DNA of 50,069 nt from an uncultured Atopococcus sp. (GTDB lineage: Bacteria; Bacillota; Bacilli; Lactobacillales; Carnobacteriaceae_A). A program made the position numbers and the translations under genes. The stretch is from NCBI GenBank assembly GCA_964437675.1, contig CAYTHW010000003.1:2836-52904 (forward strand), read 5' to 3'. Positions 35,001 through 44,000 of this stretch are shown here, piece by piece. The notes beneath the pieces were generated by a model that was given only the letters and a program-made list of their open reading frames with translations, was not told where the DNA came from and did no database searches. Position 1 is the first letter of the stretch; each line of letters starts with the position of its first letter.

Positions 35001-35368
35001 ACGAGGATCAAATCCTCACTTTTTTTCAAAACATCCTGGAGGGATAAACTTGTTTCACCCAGCTGGCAGGCATTGACCAGGGCCAGCAGTTGCTGGTAGC
35101 CCCGGTAGTTTTTTGCATAACAGAAGCAGTCCAGCATCACACTGCCGTCAGCCGTCAGCCGGCAGGTCAAGGAGGAGCCGATGACCGGATTAATCTCAGA
35201 AGCTCTCATCGTCTGATAAAAATCGATGCAGGCATACATCACCTCATGATCACTCAAGGCAATGGCAGGCAGGTCATTCTCCACTGCATAATTTTTGATG
35301 TCCTCCACCATCAAGGTACTTTGGAGCAGACTATAGGAGCTGCTGATATTTAATGGTATATAGTTCAT
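32084..35368 (-). CDS. dnaE: DNA polymerase III alpha subunit, DnaE type
   Basis: 1094 aa. [67 protein letters not shown] and [11 protein letters not shown] are Pol IIIalpha palm/fingers signatures. A C-terminal OB fold is present. Confidence 0.96.
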   Translation of the reverse strand: [1094 protein letters not shown]

Positions 35369-35491
35369 AGCCTTCCCCTTTCTATCTATCCTAAAATCAA
35401 ATTGTTACTCCCATTATATTCTATTTAAGATGGTTTATACAGATTTTATCTATCGAGCCGCCTGTCCCGGATGAAAAGCTGCCTGGGTACG

Positions 35492-35546
35492 AAAAAAAGC
35501 CCGGTCCACAGCTAGTTTGCACTAGATATTGATCCCGAGCTTTTTT
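35492..35546 (-). terminator. Intrinsic terminator downstream of rplS (symmetric, potentially bidirectional)
   Basis: The outer stem is AGCCCGG / CCGAGCT (one G-U pair) and encloses an inner hairpin CTAG-TTTGCA-CTAG. An A7 run and a T6 run flank it. The minus-strand RNA ends in U7. Confidence 0.6.
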
Positions 35547-35562
35547 GAATGATATGATTAAA

Positions 35563-35928
35563 TTATTTTGCTTTGTTGCGAGAGTCTTTTTCACGAATAC
35601 GAGCTGAACGTCCTTGACGGTCACGTAAGTAGTATAAGCGTGATCTTCTAACGCGTCCACGACGTGTCACTTCGATTGTTTCAACACGTGGTGAATGTAG
35701 TGGGAAAGTACGCTCTACTCCAACACCGTTTGAAATTTTACGTACAGTATAAGACTCCCCGATACCAGAACCTTGGCGTTTGATAACAACACCTTCAAAG
35801 ATCTGAATACGTTCACGGTCGCCCTCAACGATTTTAGCGTGTACACGCACGTTGTCCCCAGCACTGAAATCTGGAAGATCGCTGCGAAGTTGTTCTTTAG
35901 TGACTGCATCAATTAATGGATTAATCAT
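35563..35928 (-). CDS. rplS: 50S ribosomal protein L19
   Basis: 121 aa. [32 protein letters not shown] ... [14 protein letters not shown] is the canonical L19 sequence. Confidence 0.97.
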   Translation of the reverse strand: MINPLIDAVTKEQLRSDLPDFSAGDNVRVHAKIVEGDRERIQIFEGVVIKRQGSGIGESYTVRKISNGVGVERTFPLHSPRVETIEVTRRGRVRRSRLYYLRDRQGRSARIREKDSRNKAK

Positions 35929-36044
35929 TTTCTCTTTCTCCTCCTGACATCTACTCTTAAAGATTTACTTTAGCGGAATAGTGTTTATATGAGTTTAAAC
36001 TCACCATATTAAACTAACAAATCTGGCTCTGTTTGTAAAGCTAT

Positions 36045-36776
36045 TTATTTATTTTTTTCAAATTCTTTTAACCATATTTTCTGCTGACCGCTGAGCTCGA
36101 TGCCCTCCAGTAAATCGGGCCGGTAGAGGTAAGTCCGTCTTAAAGACTCCTTATCCCGCCATTCTTCGATCAGGGCATGGTTACCGCTGGTTAAGACTTC
36201 CGGCACCTTCATCCCTCGGAATTCAGCCGGGCGTGTGTAGTGAGGATGTTCGAGCAGGTCATCAGAGAAGGAGTCGAACTGGGCCGACCCTTCATTCCCC
36301 AAGACCTCCGGCAGCAGACGGACGATGGCATCGCTCATCACCATGGAAGGAAGCTCTCCGCCGGTCAAGACATAATCCCCGATAGAGATATGATCAGTGG
36401 CGAGCTCCCGAATTCTTTCATCGAAGCCTTCATAGTGGCCGCAGATGAAGACGAGATGGTCTTCTTCTGCCAGTTCCTGAGCCAGTTTCTGGTTAAAGAC
36501 CTGGCCGATGGGATCGACCATGATGATCCGCGGCTCAACACCCGGCAGACGGTCCAGATTCTCAACCGCTGCATAGATAGGTTCCGGTTTCAAGAGCATC
36601 CCTGCTCCGCCACCATAAGGGGTATCATCGACGATCCGGTGTTTACCGATGCCGTATTGTCTAAAATCGATACAGGAAAAGTCCACATGTTCATTTTCTA
36701 TGGCCCTTTTCATAATCGAGGTACTCAAAAAGCCGTCAAACATCTCTGGAAACAAGGTGATAAAATCAATCTTCAT
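36045..36776 (-). CDS. trmD: tRNA (guanine37-N1)-methyltransferase
   Basis: [13 protein letters not shown]..., [13 protein letters not shown] and [29 protein letters not shown] are TrmD signatures. The start ATG 36776 overlaps the rimM 3' end by 11 nt. The track start 36827 adds 17 unconserved residues. Confidence 0.96.
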   Translation of the reverse strand: MKIDFITLFPEMFDGFLSTSIMKRAIENEHVDFSCIDFRQYGIGKHRIVDDTPYGGGAGMLLKPEPIYAAVENLDRLPGVEPRIIMVDPIGQVFNQKLAQELAEEDHLVFICGHYEGFDERIRELATDHISIGDYVLTGGELPSMVMSDAIVRLLPEVLGNEGSAQFDSFSDDLLEHPHYTRPAEFRGMKVPEVLTSGNHALIEEWRDKESLRRTYLYRPDLLEGIELSGQQKIWLKEFEKNK

Positions 36777-37290
36777 CGGTTTCCAGCCCCTCAGGAATCC
36801 GGACGACCACCCGGCCGGCCTGCACATCCACGCTCTTGACTACATCTTTGATGATAGGAAGCAGCAGATCTTTCTTCTGTTCTCTCTTAACCACCCAGAC
36901 ATCGTTGGATGCCATCGTCTGGACTTCTTTGATCTCTCCGATACGGTTACCGTCTTCATAGACTACATCCAGACCGATGATTTCATGAATATAAAAGCTG
37001 TCCTCTTCTAAACTGGACTGCTGGTCTTCTTCTATGAATAAATCGCGGCCTACCCAGTCCAATACGTCATTGATATTGGTATAAGATTCAAAAGTAAGCA
37101 AATCAAATTTTTTGTGAACACGGTGGCCGGTGACGACCAGGGGCAGATAGCTGCCGTCAGCTTCTTCCAGATAAAGGGTATTGCCCGCTGAAAACCGTTC
37201 ATCAGGGAAATCCGTCATATTAATGACACGGACTTCACCCTTGATACCATGCGTATTAACAATCTCTCCAACTTTTACATAATCTGTCAT
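36766..37290 (-). CDS. rimM: 16S rRNA processing protein RimM
   Basis: 174 aa. [16 protein letters not shown] (PRC-barrel/RimM N-domain) is present, and the gene lies between khpA and trmD. Confidence 0.93.
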   Translation of the reverse strand: MTDYVKVGEIVNTHGIKGEVRVINMTDFPDERFSAGNTLYLEEADGSYLPLVVTGHRVHKKFDLLTFESYTNINDVLDWVGRDLFIEEDQQSSLEEDSFYIHEIIGLDVVYEDGNRIGEIKEVQTMASNDVWVVKREQKKDLLLPIIKDVVKSVDVQAGRVVVRIPEGLETDED

Positions 37291-37309
37291 CTTTACCTCT
37301 TTTCTCTTC

Positions 37310-37352
37310 GAAAAACAATAAAATAAGAGGCCGCGCGAAAAAGCAGCCTCTC
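37310..37352 (-). terminator. Internal terminator/attenuator-like hairpin between khpA and rimM
   Basis: On the minus strand the sequence is GAGAGGCTGC-TTTTTCGC-GCGGCCTCTT. This gives a stem of about 9-10 bp with one or two G-U pairs, followed by ATTTTATTGTTTTT. Confidence 0.5.
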
Positions 37353-37359
37353 ACCTATC

Positions 37360-37599
37360 TTAATCATCAATAGTTAAACGAATACGTTTAGGAGCATCAA
37401 TCTGGATGCTGTATAAAATGGTACGCATGGCCTTAGCGATACGTCCTTTTTTTCCGATGACACGCCCCACATCTTCAGGATTGACTGATAAATGATAATC
37501 GTAAAATTCATCAGTTTCTTCCATCTGGACTGAGATATCCTCTGGTCGGCTAACAAGTGGCGATACCAATGTGTGAATAAAAGATTCCATTTCTTCCAT
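37360..37599 (-). CDS. khpA: KH-domain RNA-binding protein (KhpA/YlqC)
   Basis: 79 aa. EDVGRVIGKKGRIAKAMRTIL contains the GxxG KH motif, and the position downstream of rpsP is conserved. Confidence 0.9.
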   Translation of the reverse strand: MEEMESFIHTLVSPLVSRPEDISVQMEETDEFYDYHLSVNPEDVGRVIGKKGRIAKAMRTILYSIQIDAPKRIRLTIDD

Positions 37600-37635
37600 T
37601 TTAGTTATACGTCCTTTTACTAGTTGATCATTAAA

Positions 37636-37911
37636 TTATTTAGCGTTTCTTTCATTATGGAATTTTTCCATAATTCCAGCTTGTGATAATAAAGCACGAA
37701 CGGTATCAGATGGTTTAGCACCATTGCGTAACCATTCCATGATATCTTCTTCATTTAATTTCACTTCTGCCGGCTCAGTAGTCGGGTTGTATGTTCCCAC
37801 GTTCTGGATAACTTTCTCAGATTTAACAGCTGAGCGTGAATCCTGAACAACTACACGGTAAAAAGGTCTTTTCTTAGATCCTTTACGTTGTAAACGAATT
37901 TTAACTGCCAT
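37636..37911 (-). CDS. rpsP: 30S ribosomal protein S16
   Basis: 91 aa. [27 protein letters not shown] is the canonical S16 N-terminus. Confidence 0.97.
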   Translation of the reverse strand: MAVKIRLQRKGSKKRPFYRVVVQDSRSAVKSEKVIQNVGTYNPTTEPAEVKLNEEDIMEWLRNGAKPSDTVRALLSQAGIMEKFHNERNAK

Positions 37912-37942
37912 GTTTTCACCTCCACATTTATTCGACTTTTAG

Positions 37943-37971
37943 AGTATAGCAAAAGTTTTTTGCCTTGTAAA
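37943..37971 (-). promoter_or_regulatory. Sigma-A promoter of the rpsP-khpA(-rimM-trmD) transcription unit
   Basis: On the minus strand: -35 TTTACA (37966-37971), a 17-nt spacer, then -10 TATACT (37943-37948). Confidence 0.55.
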
Positions 37972-37988
37972 GTTTTTTTCTTTACACT

Positions 37989-39494
37989 TTATCTTTTTCT
38001 TCTGATTTTTTTCTTTTTACGTCTTTTTCTTTGATTCTGCTGGCTACCTGAAGGGGCCGCGCCTCCGCCGAAGAGGTCTCCCAGGCCGCCCAGATCTCCC
38101 AGACCCGGCATCTTTTTGCCCTTGCCTTTACCTTTACCTCCAGGCTTATTAGAGAGCTGGTTCATCATTTTTTCCATCTTGCCGCTGCCCTTGCCCCCGG
38201 TCATCGAGCCCATCATCTTTTTAGACTCATTGAACTGCTTGATCATGCCGTTGACTTCCGTCAGGCTGCGTCCTGAACCCGCTGCAATTCTTCGACGGCG
38301 GCTTTGAGAGATGATATCCGGATTGGTACGTTCTTCTTCTGTCATGGAATAGATGATCGCTTTCGTCCAGTCCATCTGCCCGTCATCGAGATCCAGATCA
38401 TCGATGCCCGGAATACTGCTGAGTCCCGGGATCATTTTGATGATGTCCTGCATCGGACCCAATTTCTGCACCTGATCCATCTGGGCAAGGAAATCATTAA
38501 AATCGTAAGTCTGCTCGCGCATCTTCTCAGCCAGAGCTAAGGCTTCTTCTTCAGAAACTTCCTGCTCTGCCCGCTCGATCAGGGTTAAAATGTCCCCCAT
38601 CCCTAAAATCCGGTCAGCCATACGATCCGGGTGGAAAGGCTCCAAATCCGAGAGTTTTTCCCCTGTTCCGACGAATTTGATCGGTTTATTAGTGACAGAA
38701 GAGATTGAGAGTGCCGCCCCTCCACGGGTATCCCCGTCCAGCTTCGTCAAGATGACACTGGTGATGTCCAGCAGTTCGTCAAAAGAGGAAGCAACATTGA
38801 CGGCATCCTGACCCGTCATGGCATCGACAACCAGGAATATTTCATCCGGCTGGACACTGGACTTGATAGAAACCAGCTCTTCCATCAGTTCCTCATCTAC
38901 ATGAAGACGTCCGGCCGTATCGATGATGACCAGATCATGTTTATCTTCTTTAGCTTTCTGAAGTCCCTTTTCAGCAATTTCAACCGGGCTGACCTGGTCT
39001 CCCATCTCGAAGACAGGGATATCCAGCTGCGAACCCACTGTCTTCAGCTGGTCGATAGCCGCCGGGCGATAGATGTCTCCTGCGACCAGCAGAGGTTTTT
39101 TCTTTTTATGTTTACGTAAGTAGTTGGCCAGCTTACCGGCTGTGGTCGTCTTACCTGACCCCTGCAGACCGGTCATCATGAAGACGGTCGGTTCTTCCGT
39201 TTCAGAAAAATTTAATTCCTGTAACTCCCCGCCCATCAATTCAGTCAGTTCATCGTTTACGATCTTGACGACCTGCTGGCCGCCTGTTAAAGAACCCAAT
39301 ACTTCTTCGCCTTTAGCTTTCTCCCGAACATTGCCCACAAACTCTTTGACAATCTTAAAATTCACGTCCGCTTCAAGTAAGGCGAGGCGGACCTCCCGCA
39401 TCACTTCATCAATATCCGCCTCTGTGACCTTACCTTTTTTACGTAAGACCGAAAAGGCGTCCTGCAAGCGACTTGTCAAACCTTCAAATGCCAT
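37989..39494 (-). CDS. ffh: Signal recognition particle protein Ffh
   Basis: 501 aa. The N and G domains carry GLQGSGKTTTAGKLA, DTAGRL and TKLDGDTRGGAALS. A Met-rich M domain follows. The C-terminal tail is unusually long, Gly/Lys-rich and polybasic (...QNQRKRRKKKKIRRKR). Confidence 0.96.
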   Translation of the reverse strand: MAFEGLTSRLQDAFSVLRKKGKVTEADIDEVMREVRLALLEADVNFKIVKEFVGNVREKAKGEEVLGSLTGGQQVVKIVNDELTELMGGELQELNFSETEEPTVFMMTGLQGSGKTTTAGKLANYLRKHKKKKPLLVAGDIYRPAAIDQLKTVGSQLDIPVFEMGDQVSPVEIAEKGLQKAKEDKHDLVIIDTAGRLHVDEELMEELVSIKSSVQPDEIFLVVDAMTGQDAVNVASSFDELLDITSVILTKLDGDTRGGAALSISSVTNKPIKFVGTGEKLSDLEPFHPDRMADRILGMGDILTLIERAEQEVSEEEALALAEKMREQTYDFNDFLAQMDQVQKLGPMQDIIKMIPGLSSIPGIDDLDLDDGQMDWTKAIIYSMTEEERTNPDIISQSRRRRIAAGSGRSLTEVNGMIKQFNESKKMMGSMTGGKGSGKMEKMMNQLSNKPGGKGKGKGKKMPGLGDLGGLGDLFGGGAAPSGSQQNQRKRRKKKKIRRKR

Positions 39495-39505
39495 GGTTAA
39501 TCCCT

Positions 39506-39841
39506 CTATTCTCTAATCTTAAATTGATTCAAAATAAATTTTAATTTTTTATCTTCCGGATAATTTTCTTCTACATAGTCTATTGCTTTTTCGATGACTT
39601 CCAGATTGATCGAAAAATCTTTGACGAGATGGAGGTCTTCTTCATAAGTCTCCAGGGTCTTTTCAGCGCGGTTGACAGCATCATAGACCGCCTGGCGGCT
39701 CACATCAAAAGATTCTGCAATCTCTGTCAAACTTAAATCTTCTCTGTAATACAGACTCATATATTTTCTCTGTGTCTCAGATAATAAAGATTCATAAAAA
39801 GAGAGCAAAGTATTGATACGATTCGTTTTTTCTAAGGCCAT
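39506..39841 (-). CDS. ylxM: UPF0122 HTH protein YlxM (sigma-70 region-4-like)
   Basis: 111 aa. LLSFYESLLSETQRKYMSLYYREDLSLTEIAESFDVSRQAVYDAVNRA is present, and the gene lies between ftsY and ffh as in Bacilli. Confidence 0.9.
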   Translation of the reverse strand: MALEKTNRINTLLSFYESLLSETQRKYMSLYYREDLSLTEIAESFDVSRQAVYDAVNRAEKTLETYEEDLHLVKDFSINLEVIEKAIDYVEENYPEDKKLKFILNQFKIRE

Positions 39842-39849
39842 ATCATCAC

Positions 39850-41001
39850 CTAGACAGTCTCTTCGATCAGGTCACTGAATAAGCCATAAGCAAAGTTGTC
39901 GGCATCAAATGGACGCAGGTCTTCCATCTTCTCTCCAAAACCTACAAATTTAACCGGCAGGCCGAGTTCTTTACCGATGGCAATGACGATTCCACCCTTG
40001 GCCGTCCCGTCCATCTTCGTCAGAACGATACCTGTCACATCAGTCGTCTCCTTGAATTCTTTAGCCTGGATCAGAGCATTCTGTCCGGTCGTAGCATCTA
40101 AGACCAGAAGGACTTCCTGCGGGGCATCCGGCAGTTCCTTTTGGATGACGCGGTGCATCTTCTCCAACTCCAGCATCAGGTTTTTCTTGTTCTGCAGACG
40201 GCCTGCTGTATCTACCATCAAGATATCTGCACCTGTTTCCTTAGCCTGTTTGATGCCGTCAAAGACCACTGCGGCAGGGTCTCCTCCTATTTCAGAAGAC
40301 ACCACATCGGCACCCACCCGGTCTCCCCAGACATGCAGCTGCTCGATCGCTCCGGCACGGAAAGTATCTCCCGCTGCCAGGACGACCTTTTTACCTTCTT
40401 CGATATACTGGTGGGCCAGCTTGGCAATCGTCGTCGTCTTCCCGACCCCGTTGACTCCCACGAAGAGAAGGACAGAAAGACCTTCTTCATTCAGACGGAT
40501 TCCCTCATGAGGGGGGATAGTATTTTCATAAATATCCACCAGGGTCTTGACGATCAGTTCTTCTGCATCTTCCATCGTGCGGACATTTTCAATTCGAGCT
40601 TCTTCACGTAAGATATCTGAAATCTCAAGGGTCGCTTCAAAGCCTACATCCGACTCGATCAGCATGTTCTCGATATCTTCAAAAAATTCTTCATCGACAT
40701 ATCTAAAATTGGCCAGTAATTCATTCAAGCGGCGCTTCAAGGATTTAGAAGACTTGTCCAATCCTCTGTCAAAGCGTTTGACCTCTTCTACCTCTTCCTG
40801 GATATCTTCTTTTTCTTCAGCCGAGGTGCTGACAAAACGTTCCGTCTGTTCTTCTTGTTGGAAGGTCTCTTCCCAGGTCTCTGTTGGCTGCTCTTCCTCA
40901 ACCGCTTCTTCCTCGGCAAGAACTGCTTCTTCCCGCTCGACCTTTTCTTCTTGTGTACTTTGACCTGTAAACACATTTTTTATTCGTTGAAATAAACTCA
41001 T
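39850..41001 (-). CDS. ftsY: Signal recognition particle receptor FtsY
   Basis: 383 aa. An acidic N-terminal region of about 80 aa precedes the NG domain, which carries GVNGVGKTTTIAKLA, DTAGRLQNK and TKMDGTAKGG. Confidence 0.96.
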   Translation of the reverse strand: MSLFQRIKNVFTGQSTQEEKVEREEAVLAEEEAVEEEQPTETWEETFQQEEQTERFVSTSAEEKEDIQEEVEEVKRFDRGLDKSSKSLKRRLNELLANFRYVDEEFFEDIENMLIESDVGFEATLEISDILREEARIENVRTMEDAEELIVKTLVDIYENTIPPHEGIRLNEEGLSVLLFVGVNGVGKTTTIAKLAHQYIEEGKKVVLAAGDTFRAGAIEQLHVWGDRVGADVVSSEIGGDPAAVVFDGIKQAKETGADILMVDTAGRLQNKKNLMLELEKMHRVIQKELPDAPQEVLLVLDATTGQNALIQAKEFKETTDVTGIVLTKMDGTAKGGIVIAIGKELGLPVKFVGFGEKMEDLRPFDADNFAYGLFSDLIEETV

Positions 41002-41020
41002 TCCATCTCATCCTATCTTA

Positions 41021-44000
41021 TTATGATTCAACCAGATCTTCTGCTTCTTTCAGCTGGACAGAAAGGATACTGGAGACTCCGCTTTCCTGCATGACGACGC
41101 CGTACAGGGTATCTGCGGCTTCCATACTTCCTTTCCGGTGGGTGATGATCAAAAACTGGATATCTTCTTCTTTAAATTTTTGTAAATAGCGACTAAAACG
41201 CAGGACATTGGCATCATCCAAGGCCGCTTCCACTTCATCCAGTATAACAAAGGGAATCGGATTGGCCTGTATGATAGAAAATAAAAGAGAAATCGCTGTT
41301 AAAGTTCTCTCCCCGCCCGACAAGAGGTTGAGGGAGCGCAGATATTTCCCGGGTGGCTGCGCCTTGATATCGATCCCCGTATGCAGTAAGTCATCCGGAT
41401 CGGTCAGGGAAAGCTCTGCCTGGCCTCCACCGAAGATCTGCGGAAAGATTTCAGAGAATTTTTCCTGGACAGCGAGGAAAGTCTTTTCGAATCTCATCTC
41501 TACTTCTTTATCCATCTCTTCCATTGTACTAAATAAGTCAGCCTTTGCCGAATATAAATCATCACTTTGTTCTTGTAAAAAGCGGTGACGTTCATCGGCC
41601 TCCCGGAATTCTTCGATGGCCGAAAGATTGACCGGGCCCATCTTTTTGATCTGTCTTTTTAACTGGCCGACCTCCTGACCCAGGCTTTCCATGACTTGTT
41701 CATCCACTTCCAGGCTCTCGTCGGAAATATCTTCAAAACTTATTTCATACTCCTCACTCAAATAAGTCAGCTTGGCCTGGAGACTGGTCTCCAGCTTGGA
41801 AACCTTGATCTCATATTCATTCTGCCGGGTCTGCTGCTGGTTGTATGTTTCCCTTAGATCATGCAGTTCGGCTTCTAATCGGCCGATCTCCTGCTTGACT
41901 TGTTCACGCTCAGCCTGGTGTTTTTCCTGAGATTTCTCACCTTCTTGGATTTGAAGGTTCAGCTTGTTCAGATCTGTTTGCAGGTCTTCTTTATTAATTT
42001 TTTCTTTCTTGATATCCATCTCTTCCAGGCCGGCCTGGTATTCTGCAAGAGTCTGACCGGTCTCTGTGTACTGGCTGCGGACCAAGGACACTTCTTTTTC
42101 CAGACTGGCTGTCTGTACCTGCAGGTCCTGTCTTCTGCTCTGGACCTGCTCCAGTTCCTCCTGGTAGTCGGATATTTGAACCTGGCGGTGGGTCCAGTCA
42201 TATTCCAGCTGCTCCATCTCCTGCTGCTTGGTCTGAATATCCTCTTCGACCACCTTTAAGTTTTTGCGGACTTCTTCCTGGGCTTCTTCTATTTCGCGTT
42301 CTTCCTGCTGCAGCTGATCCCATTCAAACTTCTGGCCGCCTGACTGTTTTTCAGCCCGCTCCAACTGCTCTTCCATCTGTTGCAGCTCATATTCTTTTTG
42401 ACGGCTGACCTGTTGATAATCCTGCAGTTCCTTTTGCAGGCTGCCGGCAGCTTCTTCCTTCTGCTTTACTTCTTCCTGCAGATCTGCCAGGAGTTTGGCC
42501 TGGTCCCGCCCTTCTTTTTCAAGCCGGGGCAGCATCTGTTTCAAATCATCCAGTTGATTCTGCCGGCTGAATAAGCCGCCCTTATCTCCCCGGCGGCTTG
42601 CTCCCCCGGTCATCGATCCGCCGACATTGACCACATCACCTTCCAGGGTCACGACCCGGTAACGCTGGCCACTGGCTTTAGAAACAGCCGAGGCCTGTTT
42701 GATGTCTTCGACGACGATGATATGACCCAGTAAATTCTCGATGATATTGGAAAATTCAGGATCAAATCGGATGATCTGGCTGGCTGTACCGACGAAGCCC
42801 TCCATCTTTTCGACCATCTGCAGAACGCGGCCGGGGATTCCTCGCGCCTGAATACGGTTCTGCGGCAGGAAGGTCGCCCGCCCTGCTCTTTTTTGTTTCA
42901 GATAGTCGATAGCCCTTTGAGCTGCCCGATGGTCCTCAACGACGATAAATTGACTGGAGGAGGCCAGGGCTGTCTCAACGGCCTGCTCATAGGCGGGAGG
43001 CACGGTCATCAGTTCTGCCACCGTACCGACGACACCCTCCAGTTTTTCCCGGGCCTTCATGACGGCCTGGACCCCTTGATAATAGGCTGAATAATTGTCC
43101 TGCATCGCCTGGAGGTTTTTATATTGATGGTGTTTATCTTGGTAGTTCTGACGCATCTCCAACCAGCCATTCTGCGCCTGGCCTGCCTTCTGCTTGACCC
43201 TGTCCCTCTCTTCTTCCAGGAGCTGCAGCTGAACCTGCACCTGCTCCAGCAGGCTTACTGTCTCTTCTAATTCTTTTTGGACTTCCAGCCGCTGATGAGA
43301 CAGCTCCTCCACTTGGCTCTGGTAGTCTGTCCGGCTTGTCTCCAGACGAGCCAGGCGGGAGTTAATCTGCTGGGCCTGCTTCTCCAGATAAGTTTTTTCA
43401 TTATTGTAGCTGGTCTGGCGGCGCAGCAGCTCAAAATAATCCGACTTGAGAGCGTCCAGGCTCTCTTCCTTACTGCCGGATAAAGACTGCAGCCGGCCCT
43501 TGATTTCCTGTATCCTGCTTTCTTCCAGACGCAGCTGGTCTTCTTGAACGCCCAGCTGCTCTTCCAGCTGCGTTATCTTCTCCTGATATTTCTCCATCAA
43601 AGCTGACGCCTGGTCTACCGCCTCCTGCATCCGCAGTTTATCTTCCGAAAAATGGCGGTCTTTCTCATCATACAAGAGGATTTGGGCTTCCGTCTGCTCA
43701 AAATCTCTGACCAGGCTCAAGAGTTGCGTTTGGAGCCGGTCCAATTTATTTTCCAGAGTCTGTTTTTCATCTTTCGCTTCCTGAAGACTTTCCGTACATT
43801 TTTCTATTGCTGCTTCTACTTGTAATTTATCTGCGCAGACAGCTGTCAGACTACTTTTATCCTGCTTGAACTGGGCCGACAGCCAGGTAATCTCCCAAGT
43901 AGTCAGATGGATATCTTTTTTCTTCAGACTCTCGCTGAGAGCCAGGTATTCTTCCGCTTGAGCCGCATCTTTTTCCAGAGAAAACAGCTGGTTTTCAATC

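Noticed and set aside
35421-35660. 79-aa minus-strand ORF spanning the rplS 3' end and its terminator
   Set aside because: It overlaps rplS out of frame and runs through the terminator hairpin. It has no RBS, so it is most likely spurious.
36240-36839. 199-aa + strand ORF antisense to trmD/rimM
   Set aside because: It is an antisense shadow of two highly conserved genes, with no RBS or start context and no recognisable family signature.
37950-37985. Two small hairpins (TGTAAAG-A7-CTTTACA and GCAAAA-AAC-TTTTGC) between ffh and rpsP, considered as an ffh terminator
   Set aside because: They are A/T-rich, weak stems without a proper U-run on the coding strand. They overlap the better-supported rpsP promoter hexamers, so I do not call a terminator.
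39896-40963. Three long + strand ORFs (204, 156 and 138 aa) antisense to ftsY
   Set aside because: These are shadow ORFs on the opposite strand of a well-supported conserved gene. They are Ser/Arg/Pro-rich and low-complexity, have no RBS and show no recognisable motifs.
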